Source: Planctomycetota bacterium (GTDB lineage Bacteria; Planctomycetota; GCA-002687715; DRQF01). From it: a stretch of DNA of 19,890 nucleotides. The translations under genes were made by a program, and so were the position numbers. The stretch lies in NCBI GenBank assembly GCA_027001995.1, contig JALTLO010000065.1, positions 1 through 19,890 on the forward strand, given 5' to 3'. A model generated the notes under the pieces. The model searched no databases. It was given only the letters and a program-made list of their open reading frames with translations, and was not told the origin of the DNA. Positions 8,538 through 17,082 of the stretch are shown piece by piece; the first letter of the stretch is position 1; each line of letters opens with the position of its first letter.

Positions 8538-9932
8538 TTATTGACGTGGGCCGTGCTTTTCATTTGTGTTCGTTTTGGGCTTGAACATGTTTGGCAGGAT
8601 GGAGGCTGTGTAGAGGGGGAGGGACCAAAGTGATGTGGTATGTTTTTGGTCTCGACCGTGCTGCTTCAAGCGGATTCCAGGCTGGCCGCTCAAGATGAAG
8701 GCATACTTGGGAGCGTATTTTTCAAGGTAGACTTTTAGGCTTCTTGTTTTTGTGCTGAGTCCCGATTTGACTTCTATGGGTGCGATTTCGCCGTCGAGTT
8801 CCTGGAGGAATTCCACTTCGGATTCTTTTTCTTTCCAGCAGTAGTGGGTCGCGCTCTCTATTGTAGTGAGTTCTTGTAGGACGAAGTTCTCGGCGAAGTA
8901 ACCTTTGAAGTTACCGTAGTCGTAGGCCATGATGCTTGCCGGGGGCAAGTCTGAGAGGGCACCAAGCATTCCGACATCAAATAGAAACAACTTAAAGACG
9001 TTTTCTCTTGCGTAGGCGGAAAATGGCAAGGCTGCCTTGTTGATGATAGGAGCTCGCAGAACCAATCCAGCTTTTGTCAACCAGTCGATGACTCCTGCAA
9101 GTCTGTCGTAGCCGCGAAGGCCTGCCACGGCATCCTTGAAAACGAATTTCTTACTACCGCTGTTCATATCCCTGCCAAGTTGAGTCGGGACGTTGCGCCA
9201 AAGCCGTTCAATGTGCATCGAGTTGATCTTGCCCGAATGTTTCGCTATATCGACAAGGTAGGAGGATAGGAGTGTCCTCTGGTTCTGCCTGGCATTTTGC
9301 AAAGCAATGTTTAGATTGTCTCGCTGCTCGCAAAAGTCTCTGACAACTTCTGGCAACCCACCTACAACAAAGTAGAGTTTGAGTAGCCTCCAAATCTTGT
9401 GATGTAGGGCCTCGGATATGTCCGAACCCGGAGCCATTGATCTCAAGTGATGGGCGATTTTGTCATGCCCACATGCATCCAAGAATTCGAAAAAGTTGAG
9501 AGGATAAAGATCCAGGAGGTCTATTTTTCCAACCGGAAATGAACTGTCGCTCAACGTAACCCCCAGCAATGATCCAGCGCTACATATTGCCAAGTTTGGA
9601 AGATCTTGGTGAAAATACTTGAGTGATGTGAGGGCACGGGGGCAAGCTTGTATCTCATCAAGAATGAGAATGTCGTGGTTGACCTTGATGTCTGTGTCCT
9701 TCAGAACGGAAAGTTCGTCAAGAATGCTCTTGGGATCTAAATTTTCGCCGAAGAGTTGGCCCAATCTGCTTTCTCTTTCGAAGTCTAAGTAGTGGACTTT
9801 TCGGAAACTGGCCTTACCAAACTCTTGGAGAATGTGTGTCTTCCCTACCTGTCGTGCGCCCCGTAGGAGGAGCGGTTTTCTGTTTGGATTCTTGCGCCAA
9901 ATTTCTAGTTGTGCCCTGAGTGCTCGTTTCAT
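8538..9932 (-). CDS. AAA_14-family ATP-binding protein with C-terminal DUF4143 / PD-(D/E)xK-like domain
   Basis: Walker A GARQVGKT and Walker B LILDEIQ. Family motifs GSLLG, FPVGK, LYPLNFFEFL, GGLPE, KLFLFDVG, ENFVLQEL, EVEF...PIEVKSG. Confidence 0.9.
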   Translation of the reverse strand: MKRALRAQLEIWRKNPNRKPLLLRGARQVGKTHILQEFGKASFRKVHYLDFERESRLGQLFGENLDPKSILDELSVLKDTDIKVNHDILILDEIQACPRALTSLKYFHQDLPNLAICSAGSLLGVTLSDSSFPVGKIDLLDLYPLNFFEFLDACGHDKIAHHLRSMAPGSDISEALHHKIWRLLKLYFVVGGLPEVVRDFCEQRDNLNIALQNARQNQRTLLSSYLVDIAKHSGKINSMHIERLWRNVPTQLGRDMNSGSKKFVFKDAVAGLRGYDRLAGVIDWLTKAGLVLRAPIINKAALPFSAYARENVFKLFLFDVGMLGALSDLPPASIMAYDYGNFKGYFAENFVLQELTTIESATHYCWKEKESEVEFLQELDGEIAPIEVKSGLSTKTRSLKVYLEKYAPKYAFILSGQPGIRLKQHGRDQKHTTSLWSLPLYTASILPNMFKPKTNTNEKHGPRQ

Positions 9933-9938
9933 TCTTTG

Positions 9939-9967
9939 ACTGTAGATGCAAAAAATACCGGAATCAA
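9939..9967 (-). promoter_or_regulatory. Predicted sigma70-type promoter giving a leaderless transcript for the AAA ATPase
   Basis: Minus strand TTGATT (9967-9962), 17 nt, TACAGT (9944-9939), 6 nt, ATG (9932). No Shine-Dalgarno sequence in front of the ATG. Confidence 0.6.
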
Positions 9968-10031
9968 TATTTTGTAGGCCGAAAAAATACCGGAATTTGG
10001 ATTTTGTGGGCCTAAAAAGTACCAGATTTGG
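9950..10031. repeat. Imperfect direct tandem repeat, 32-bp period (2 full copies plus a partial third)
   Basis: 9950-9981 AAAAAATACCGGAATCAATATTTTGTAGGCCG; 9982-10013 AAAAAATACCGGAATTTGGATTTTGTGGGCCT (26/32 identical); from 10014 AAAAAGTACCAGATTTGG (partial). Confidence 0.85.
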
Positions 10032-10037
10032 GTGAGA

Positions 10038-12143
10038 TTATCGCACTTCCATGAATTGGCCGTCGCCGATGGTGGCTAGTTGCTGCATGAAGAAACTGGC
10101 GCTTTGGCTTGAGATGACGTTCCTCATAGCGCTGCTTGTGTCTTCGGCTAAGTAGATCGTGTGGATTTGGAGGCGTTTGTAGCGGTTGGCTTTGCGGATA
10201 TGGGCTAGGATTAATTCTGGGGCAGTGATCTTTCCCACTGACGGTTGGCCGTCGGTCAGAAGGACGATGGTGTCGGCGGCTGGGTCGGAATAGGCCCGTT
10301 TCAGGGCATCCCAAACATTTGTTCCTCCAGCGGCTTGGATCCGGTTGATGGCCTTGGAGGCTTTTGACACTGTATTTTTGCGCAGGTGAGCTAGACGTTT
10401 CCAAACAGCATGGACGTTGCCGGCGAAGAAGATGAGATTGAATGCGCTCTGAGGTGCGACGATGCTTTTGACTCCTCGCAAGAGTTCCGTCTTGAGTCTT
10501 TCGATCTTGGCGCCCGCCATGCTGCCCGAAGTGTCACAGATGAAAATCACTCGGTTGCTGCGTAAGTCTAAACCATAGAATTGAGGGCTGTATCGATCGC
10601 TTTCTCCCGGAGCACGGTCTCGAATCGGTGTTCTGGATGGAGTCCAGTTGCGACCTAAAGTGGCGATGAGCCTTCGCCATCCGTCTGGGTTGGCCCCAAG
10701 ATTGGCTCCCGTGAGCCGACGAAGGCCATCGGAAGCCGTTCGCGCTAAGCGTTGTTGTGGGTCATTTGATAGGGATGCTAATCGAGTCAATGCTGGTCTT
10801 GATCCTAGGGAGACCAGGGCTTCGATAGCAGCTAAGCGCACTTGCCAACGCTTGTGTTTGAGGGCGTCTTCGCAAACCGCGATGGTCTCCTCCAACTCCA
10901 TAGATCCTGCTAAGCGAATGAGATGCCCTCTTACTTTCCAATCGCCTTGTCTTGTGCTCAGAGCTGACCGAAGCCAAGCCCGGCTAAAAGAACTTCTCAG
11001 CCGCACTCGCCTTGCCAGGTCCAAGTGTTGCAATTGGCGATCAAGATTTTTTGTTGAGAGCACTTTCTTGACTGAAGAGAAGTAGGCTTTTTCTCCGGTG
11101 AGGGTGGCGAGGGTTTCATTCAGGAGCATAGCCACAGAATCGGGGAGATTTTGGGGCCGCAATCTGCGCATAGTCGAAATGGCCCCCATGTGCTTTTGGT
11201 CTCGAATCATCCACAGAGCCAAGATCTTCTTTTTCGTACTTCCTTCATGGAGAGCGGAAGCTAAGAAACTCTTCATCTTGTGGCTGTCAGTTGCTGGCAA
11301 ACTAGCATGGAGATAGCCCAGTTGTTGCCATGTCATGTCATCAGCTTGATCGAGAAGGCGCAAACGGAGCAGAAGGTTGCGGTCTTCTCGAATCAGGAAG
11401 TCCAAATCGGCTTGGTAGAACTTTTTTGTGTTCTCTAAGAAGGTGGAGACCAGCAGATCTTCAACCCCGTCGATACCCCTCGCCATGAGAGACTCGCTTG
11501 CTTTTTTTGCGAACATGGGGTCGACTTGCAGAAGGGCTGAAACATGAATTCGTTGTTGAAAATCAGAACTGAGATTGGGGCTGAGTAAGAAAATATTTTG
11601 ACGCAGGGGGCTCGTTGGATTCTCTTCAAAGATGGCGAGGAGAAGGTCTTCTAATTCCTCAACGCCCTTGGTGGGTGGGGTGCCAAAGAAATCTTGGATG
11701 ACATCAAGAATGAGGAAGCCGAAGCTATCACCCTGGTGGAGCTCGAGCTCCTTGAGCAGGCGTCGATATCCTGTATCTCGATGGGCACCGGGTTTAGCCA
11801 GATAGCGCAGGAATTCTAGTTGTCGATTCTTCCGCGACAGCCCATGGACGATTTTCATGAGGAAATCGGTGAAAGGATAGGCTGGGACTTGGGAGAGGGC
11901 TTCTAATGCCACCAGGCCGTTTGAGTTTTGGGGGGCGAGCTTAGCCCAGCTTTCCAGAAACTGGATCGCGGTCTCGTCCGCTTTCTTGGCGGCTGCCTGA
12001 AACACGAAATCCCGGGCAAGTCTGGACTGGGCCAAACGAAACCTCTGGGGCCAAAATCGTTCTTCTGGAGTATGAGAATTCTGGGCTCCCGAGAAGGGTG
12101 CCAGGAGAAGATGCAAAATTGTCCAAAGTAACAGTCTATTCAT
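10038..12143 (-). CDS. Putative exported HEAT-repeat protein with C-terminal von Willebrand factor A domain
   Basis: Signal-peptide-like N-terminus (MNRLLLWTILHLLLAPFSGA|Q). HEAT-like segments (LKHKRWQVRLAAIEALVSLG, LARTASDGLRRLTG). vWA MIDAS elements VIFICDTSGSM, GGTN, IVLLTDGQPS. Confidence 0.8.
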   Translation of the reverse strand: MNRLLLWTILHLLLAPFSGAQNSHTPEERFWPQRFRLAQSRLARDFVFQAAAKKADETAIQFLESWAKLAPQNSNGLVALEALSQVPAYPFTDFLMKIVHGLSRKNRQLEFLRYLAKPGAHRDTGYRRLLKELELHQGDSFGFLILDVIQDFFGTPPTKGVEELEDLLLAIFEENPTSPLRQNIFLLSPNLSSDFQQRIHVSALLQVDPMFAKKASESLMARGIDGVEDLLVSTFLENTKKFYQADLDFLIREDRNLLLRLRLLDQADDMTWQQLGYLHASLPATDSHKMKSFLASALHEGSTKKKILALWMIRDQKHMGAISTMRRLRPQNLPDSVAMLLNETLATLTGEKAYFSSVKKVLSTKNLDRQLQHLDLARRVRLRSSFSRAWLRSALSTRQGDWKVRGHLIRLAGSMELEETIAVCEDALKHKRWQVRLAAIEALVSLGSRPALTRLASLSNDPQQRLARTASDGLRRLTGANLGANPDGWRRLIATLGRNWTPSRTPIRDRAPGESDRYSPQFYGLDLRSNRVIFICDTSGSMAGAKIERLKTELLRGVKSIVAPQSAFNLIFFAGNVHAVWKRLAHLRKNTVSKASKAINRIQAAGGTNVWDALKRAYSDPAADTIVLLTDGQPSVGKITAPELILAHIRKANRYKRLQIHTIYLAEDTSSAMRNVISSQSASFFMQQLATIGDGQFMEVR

Positions 12144-12386
12144 GTGCTCGGTGACTTAGACGAATCTTTTCTTGGGTCGTTTCTCATAATCTATGGTCTT
12201 CTTTGGATTTGGGTTGGTCGGGATCAAGTTTCAACGATCGGCCTGGCCACCCAGATCGGGAGAATCTCCCAATTTGCCGTAGATCATGCCTTGAGAGGCC
12301 CTATAGGAATTCTTTTTGTCGTGACCTTAGGGGCAATGAAAGTTATCATCGAGACGGTGGATGACTCGGACCCTGGAGGTTCTGAC

Positions 12387-14486
12387 ATGAACAAGCATGC
12401 CTATAGTTTCGCTTTCGCGATTGTGGCAATGGCCGTATTTCTCATTGGTCCGGATCTTTTCGCTCAACGACACGGTGGTGCTGGCCACAGCGGTGGAAGT
12501 CACAGAGGTGGAAGCCATTTCGGGGGATCCCGATCCGCTGGGCGATCTGCTGCTCGGAGTTCCCGCGGATCGAGTCGGGGTCGCTCTTTTTCCAGCCCCC
12601 GGGCTCGCAGCGGAGGCTCGTCCCGAGCTCGATCGTTTGCTCGGCCTAGCCCCAGGAGTTCTCGTTCGTTCGGCTCCGCTCCTAGAAGAAGTGCTTCACG
12701 TTCTTCTCGAAGTGCAAGACCCAGTTTTGGGAGCAGCAGCCGGAGTCGCGTGCCCAGAGCTAGCCGAGGGCGCGCCGCTCCAAGCCGCCGATCTTCTTCA
12801 AGTCCTAGCCGAAGTAGTCTAGGGCGTCGATCAACCTCAAGTAATCGCACATTTTCTTCAAGCCGAGGCCGTTCATCTTATTCCTCGAGCCGTCGAGGCG
12901 CCGCCACCAGAAACAATTCAAGTAGCCGCAATTTGCCTCGCAGTAGTCGTTCGGATGGACGATTTCGTGCATCGAGTCGAAGTTCTTCTCGGGCAAGCCG
13001 CAATAGCTCTTCGGGCATCAGGTCAGACCGATCATCTCCTTCCTTTGGTTCATCCCCAAGGAAATCATCTTCCTCTTTGGGGCGTGGAAGGAGCGTCGCT
13101 TCTGACCGTCGAACTGGAGGATTTACTGGTTTTCAATCAAGAACGGCTAGCCGCAGTTATCCCGCAGCGTCCAGCTATCGCCTGAGTACAAACAACGCGA
13201 AAGGGGCAATTGCTACCCCGAAGGCTAATGCCACGATCGACCGGAAGGAGTTGGGCCGATCGCAAGGCAGTCGGTCAAGCGCTCGGCCCATGGGAGTTGA
13301 CTCTCTTGGGACAAGAAGATCTGCCAAGAGTAAGAGCCTCTTGGGTCGAGGAACTTCGGACGTCAGAGGTAGCAATCGCAGCAAAGTTGCCATGAATCCT
13401 TCTGCCCGGGGGACTCGTCGCAACGGTAACGGGTCGACACCTGGTTTGAGCGCGACCCCACGGATTAACGTCAACAGCAATAACGGAGCGACCCGCGCCT
13501 TTGTCCCAGGAGCCGCTGGTCTTGGACCCAGAACCAATCATCTGGCAAATGGAGCCTACGGGAGTCCCAATCACCCTTATTCGCCTCATAACGGCGGTTA
13601 TTACAACGACCACGGCGGCTATTTTAATGGCCATGGGGGCTTCTACGACCACCACTATTGGGGCGGGCATGGCTTCGGTTTCGGTTTCTATGGGGGCTAC
13701 GGATTCTACGACAGTTTCTTCGGCTATTCACCTTGGTGGGATTGGGGTTTTGGCGCCAGCTTCTACTCGCCTTACTTTTATCCCAGTTATGGTGGTTTCT
13801 ATTATCCTTACTTTTGGTCTTACCAGTATTATCCCCGGTTTCGGCGGTTCTCTGGGGCCTATGTGGCTTACAGTGAGCCCTATGTCACTTCGGTCTATTT
13901 ACCCGCCGATGGCTTCGCCGATGATCCCTACGTTGTTGACGATGTGATCGTCAATACGGATTGGGTCGATGAAAAGCCTCCTGGAGCAGCTGTTGCTCCA
14001 GTCGTGGATGGTGTTCAAGCCGGTAGGTCCTTTGCTGAAGCCAAAGCGATTGGCGACGACCTGTTGAAGAAGCAAGCGTTCAAGGAAGCTGCAGAAGCTT
14101 ATCGTCAAGCTTGGATCCATGATCCGACCCAAGATGCTTTGGGGCGCATGAGCATTGCACTACTGCAAGCCAATGATTTTACTTTGTCAGCCTGGGCCAT
14201 GAGCAAGCAAGTGGGTGGTGACACGAAGCAACTCTTGGGGATGGGTTCACTCTATAGCGACCTTCTGACTGGCCCTCAGTTCTCCCAAGGGGTCCGACGG
14301 CTGGAGCGCTATCTGATTGACAATCCTAACGATGAAGGTGCCAATCTTTTGCTAGCGTCGCTGTACGTCTTTAGTGGGCGCGCCTACTCCGGGTACATGA
14401 TTCTCAGCCGATTGGATGCAGCAAACTATGAACCAACGGTGACCAAATTGTATTTGGAATATGCCCAGTCGAGTTTGAAGAAATAG
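12387..14486 (+). CDS. Hypothetical exported protein: signal peptide, Ser/Arg/Gly-rich disordered region, Gly/Tyr/His/Phe-rich region, C-terminal TPR-like helical domain (699 aa)
   Basis: Long ORF. Start moved from 12144 (which directly abuts the divergent gene) to ATG 12387, preceded by GGAGGT at 12375-12380 and followed by MNKHAYSFAFAIVAMAVFLIGPDLFA|Q. C-terminal GDDLLKKQAFKEAAEAYRQA..HDP and YLIDNPNDEGANLLLASLY are TPR-like. Confidence 0.75.
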   Translation: MNKHAYSFAFAIVAMAVFLIGPDLFAQRHGGAGHSGGSHRGGSHFGGSRSAGRSAARSSRGSSRGRSFSSPRARSGGSSRARSFARPSPRSSRSFGSAPRRSASRSSRSARPSFGSSSRSRVPRASRGRAAPSRRSSSSPSRSSLGRRSTSSNRTFSSSRGRSSYSSSRRGAATRNNSSSRNLPRSSRSDGRFRASSRSSSRASRNSSSGIRSDRSSPSFGSSPRKSSSSLGRGRSVASDRRTGGFTGFQSRTASRSYPAASSYRLSTNNAKGAIATPKANATIDRKELGRSQGSRSSARPMGVDSLGTRRSAKSKSLLGRGTSDVRGSNRSKVAMNPSARGTRRNGNGSTPGLSATPRINVNSNNGATRAFVPGAAGLGPRTNHLANGAYGSPNHPYSPHNGGYYNDHGGYFNGHGGFYDHHYWGGHGFGFGFYGGYGFYDSFFGYSPWWDWGFGASFYSPYFYPSYGGFYYPYFWSYQYYPRFRRFSGAYVAYSEPYVTSVYLPADGFADDPYVVDDVIVNTDWVDEKPPGAAVAPVVDGVQAGRSFAEAKAIGDDLLKKQAFKEAAEAYRQAWIHDPTQDALGRMSIALLQANDFTLSAWAMSKQVGGDTKQLLGMGSLYSDLLTGPQFSQGVRRLERYLIDNPNDEGANLLLASLYVFSGRAYSGYMILSRLDAANYEPTVTKLYLEYAQSSLKK
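13590..13652 (+). repeat. Three imperfect 21-nt coding tandem repeats (NGGYYND / HGGYFNG / HGGFYDH)
   Basis: AACGGCGGTTATTACAACGAC, CACGGCGGCTATTTTAATGGC, CATGGGGGCTTCTACGACCAC. Confidence 0.6.
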
Positions 14487-14493
14487 AAAACTG

Positions 14494-14524
14494 CCCCAGC
14501 TTTCCAAATCCAGGAAAGCTGGGG
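14494..14524. terminator. Hairpin between convergent genes; likely intrinsic terminator (U-rich tail on the leuS side)
   Basis: Perfect 12-bp stem CCCCAGCTTTCC/GGAAAGCTGGGG with a 7-nt loop, located between the stops at 14486 and 14532. On the minus strand it is followed by CAGTTTTCTATTT. Confidence 0.8.
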
Positions 14525-14531
14525 ATCTCCT

Positions 14532-16952
14532 TTATCCCTTCACCGCAATCGTCACCATGCGACCTTTGATGTAGAGAAATTTCTTCATCTCTTTGTCTTC
14601 GATGAGAGCTTTGATTTTGGGATCGGCCAAAGCTTGCTCTTTGATAGCCTCTTCGCTGATGTCGACGGCTACCTTCAATCTTGTTCTTACCTTGCCATTC
14701 ACTTGAATCGGTATTTCAACCTCATCGTCGACTAACCACTTGGCGTCTGCTTGGGGGAATGGCACCCGGCTGATTCCGCCTACGTTTCCGAGACGGCTCC
14801 ATAGTTCCTCGGCGATGTGGGGTGCCATGGGTGCCAGCATGATGGCAAGATCAGCCAAGATCTGCTTGGGGCGGATCGCATCTTTGGTCAAGCCATTGAC
14901 CAAGACCATGAGCTGAGAGATGGCTGTGTTGAAGCGCAGGTTGTCGAAATCACCCGTTACTTTTTCGATCGTCTTATGCCACAAACGAGATTGATCGTCA
15001 CTGGGAGTGGCATCTTGGACAGAATCCAAGAGTTGATCGTCTTCATCGAAAAATAAGCGCCAGACTCGGTTCAAGAATCGCCTGATCCCATCGACGCCAG
15101 AGGTATTCCAAGGCTTCTCAGCCGTGATGGGGCCCATGAACATCTCGTAGATGCGCAGGGCGTCAGCCCCGTGGTCGTTGACCACATCCGTGGGGTTGAC
15201 CACGTTGCCATAGCGCTTAGACATCTTGCGATTGTCTTCGCCCAAGATCATGCCTTGGTTCACCAATTTTGCGAAGGGTTCATCAACCGCACAAAGTCCC
15301 AAGTCAAAGAGGAACTTTGTCCAGAATCGGGAGTAGAGAAGGTGTCCCACCGCATGTTCGGCACCGCCTATGTAGAGGTCGACGGGCATCCACTTCTTGC
15401 TCAGTTGGACGTCGCACATGGCTTCACTGTTCGTTGGGTCAATGAAACGCATGAAGTACCAAGAGCTGCCAGCAGATCCGGGCATCGTGTCCGTCTCGCG
15501 CCTGCCGATTTCTTCCCTGCCAGGGATTTTGTGAGCCACCCATTCGGACGCTGTGGCCAAGGGAGAGTCCCCAGTTCCTGTAGGCTTGAAATCATCGACC
15601 TGGGGCAGCTCAACTGGTAATTCGTCCACTGGCAAGCCATGAATGCTGCCATCTTCACCATGGACGACAGGAATAGGTTCGCCCCAGTATCTTTGACGGG
15701 CGAAAATCCAGTCGCGCAAACGATAGCGGACGATGCTCTTGCCCAAGCCTTTTTCTCCGAGCCAATTGTTCATGGCCAAAATGGCATCTTCTTTGCCCAT
15801 TCCGTCGAGGAAATCTGAGTTGACGTGTTTGCCCTCTCCTGCATAGGCCGCTTTCTTGACATCACCCCCAGCCACAACTTCGACAATGGGCAATTCGAAT
15901 TTGGTGGCGAATTCCCAATCTCTTTCGTCATGGGCGGGGACGCACATGATCGCTCCTGTGCCGTAGCCCATCATGACGTAGTCGGCGATCCAAATGGGAA
16001 TCTCTTTTCCTGTGGCTGGGTTGATAGCAAAGGCCCCAGTGAAGACGCCTGTTTTTCCGGCATCAGTGCCGGAGCGTTCGATGTCTGATTTGGCTGCACA
16101 AGCGGCAGCATAGGACTTGACAGCGTCTGTGTATTGGGGCGTCGTAATCTTTTCAACTAAGTCGTGCTCAGGGGCCAAGACGCAGAAGGTTGCACCAAAC
16201 ATCGTGTCAGGGCGGGTGGTGAACACTTCGATGGACACTTCGTGATCTTTGATGGCAAAAGTTGCATCAGCACCTTCGGAGCGACCGATGCGATCTTTCT
16301 GCATCAGTTTGATCGACTCAGGGAAATCGACGCGATCCAAGCCTTCTAAGAGCCGATCGGCAAATTTGGTGATGCGAAGCATCCATTGCTTCATGGGCTT
16401 GCGGATAACCGGGTGCCCACCTCGCTCGCTCTTGCCGTCAATGACTTCATCGTTGGCTAAGACTGTGCCAAGGGCCGGGCACCAATTGACTGGAACTTCC
16501 GTCTGATAGGCCAAATCATGCTCGAGAAGTTTGAGGAAGATCCATTGGGTCCATTTGTAGAACTCCGGATCGTAGGTCCCCACCTCCCGATCCCAATCGT
16601 AGGAGAACCCCAGAAGTTTCAATTGTTGGCGAAAATTCTCGACGTTTGAGCGAGTCGATTTGTCCGGATGAACTCCCTGTTCAATGGCATATTGCTCAGC
16701 AGGTAAGCCGAAGGCATCCCATCCCATGGGGTGAAGAACTTCGAACCCTTGGCTTCGTTTGTAGCGCGCCATGATGTCGGAAGCGGTATAGCCCTCCACA
16801 TGGCCCACATGAAGACCAGAACCAGAAGGGTAGGGGAACATGTCCAGGACGTAGAAAGACGGCCGCTCCGAATTTGTGTCCGTACGAAAAGTCTCTTCTT
16901 TCGCCCAAAACTCTTGCCACTTGGGCTCAATTTCTGCTGGATTGTAGGCCAT
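14532..16952 (-). CDS. leuS: Leucine--tRNA ligase
   Basis: [18 protein letters not shown] (HIGH motif), [17 protein letters not shown] editing domain, [23 protein letters not shown] (KMSKS motif), QVNGK. Confidence 0.99.
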   Translation of the reverse strand: MAYNPAEIEPKWQEFWAKEETFRTDTNSERPSFYVLDMFPYPSGSGLHVGHVEGYTASDIMARYKRSQGFEVLHPMGWDAFGLPAEQYAIEQGVHPDKSTRSNVENFRQQLKLLGFSYDWDREVGTYDPEFYKWTQWIFLKLLEHDLAYQTEVPVNWCPALGTVLANDEVIDGKSERGGHPVIRKPMKQWMLRITKFADRLLEGLDRVDFPESIKLMQKDRIGRSEGADATFAIKDHEVSIEVFTTRPDTMFGATFCVLAPEHDLVEKITTPQYTDAVKSYAAACAAKSDIERSGTDAGKTGVFTGAFAINPATGKEIPIWIADYVMMGYGTGAIMCVPAHDERDWEFATKFELPIVEVVAGGDVKKAAYAGEGKHVNSDFLDGMGKEDAILAMNNWLGEKGLGKSIVRYRLRDWIFARQRYWGEPIPVVHGEDGSIHGLPVDELPVELPQVDDFKPTGTGDSPLATASEWVAHKIPGREEIGRRETDTMPGSAGSSWYFMRFIDPTNSEAMCDVQLSKKWMPVDLYIGGAEHAVGHLLYSRFWTKFLFDLGLCAVDEPFAKLVNQGMILGEDNRKMSKRYGNVVNPTDVVNDHGADALRIYEMFMGPITAEKPWNTSGVDGIRRFLNRVWRLFFDEDDQLLDSVQDATPSDDQSRLWHKTIEKVTGDFDNLRFNTAISQLMVLVNGLTKDAIRPKQILADLAIMLAPMAPHIAEELWSRLGNVGGISRVPFPQADAKWLVDDEVEIPIQVNGKVRTRLKVAVDISEEAIKEQALADPKIKALIEDKEMKKFLYIKGRMVTIAVKG

Positions 16953-17082
16953 GATCTTCTGCTTCTCAAAAATTCAAATTTGCTGGCCGCAGTTTAACCC
17001 GGTTGAATCGCCACCACGACCCATTCCACCGCTTTGTGGATATTTTCGTGTCCACTCCCAAGATAAAAAGGCGGCCTTCTTA

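Noticed and set aside
8198..8633. Small ORFs 8198-8446 (-) and 8418-8633 (+) as possible Acr/Aca or toxin genes
   Set aside because: They overlap cas3 or the ATPase, use non-ATG starts and show no recognisable motif.
9950..10031. 32-bp repeats as a second or degenerate CRISPR array
   Set aside because: The units are head-to-tail with no spacers and bear no similarity to the I-C repeat. The equal length appears coincidental.
11945..11956. CCCAGCTTTCCA matching one arm of the 14494-14524 hairpin (possible REP-like repeat)
   Set aside because: It is a single 12-nt match inside a coding region, without the full partner arm.
12144..12386. 81-codon N-terminal extension of the 780-aa ORF
   Set aside because: It would leave no room for divergent promoters. 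ATG 12387 has a GGAGGT RBS and begins a signal peptide.
12397..13947. Many alternative-frame and antisense ORFs over the Ser/Arg-rich gene
   Set aside because: Expected shadows of low-complexity, stop-poor coding sequence.
16953..17082. T-box or attenuator upstream of leuS
   Set aside because: The region is only 130 bp and shows no T-box consensus or terminator/antiterminator pair.
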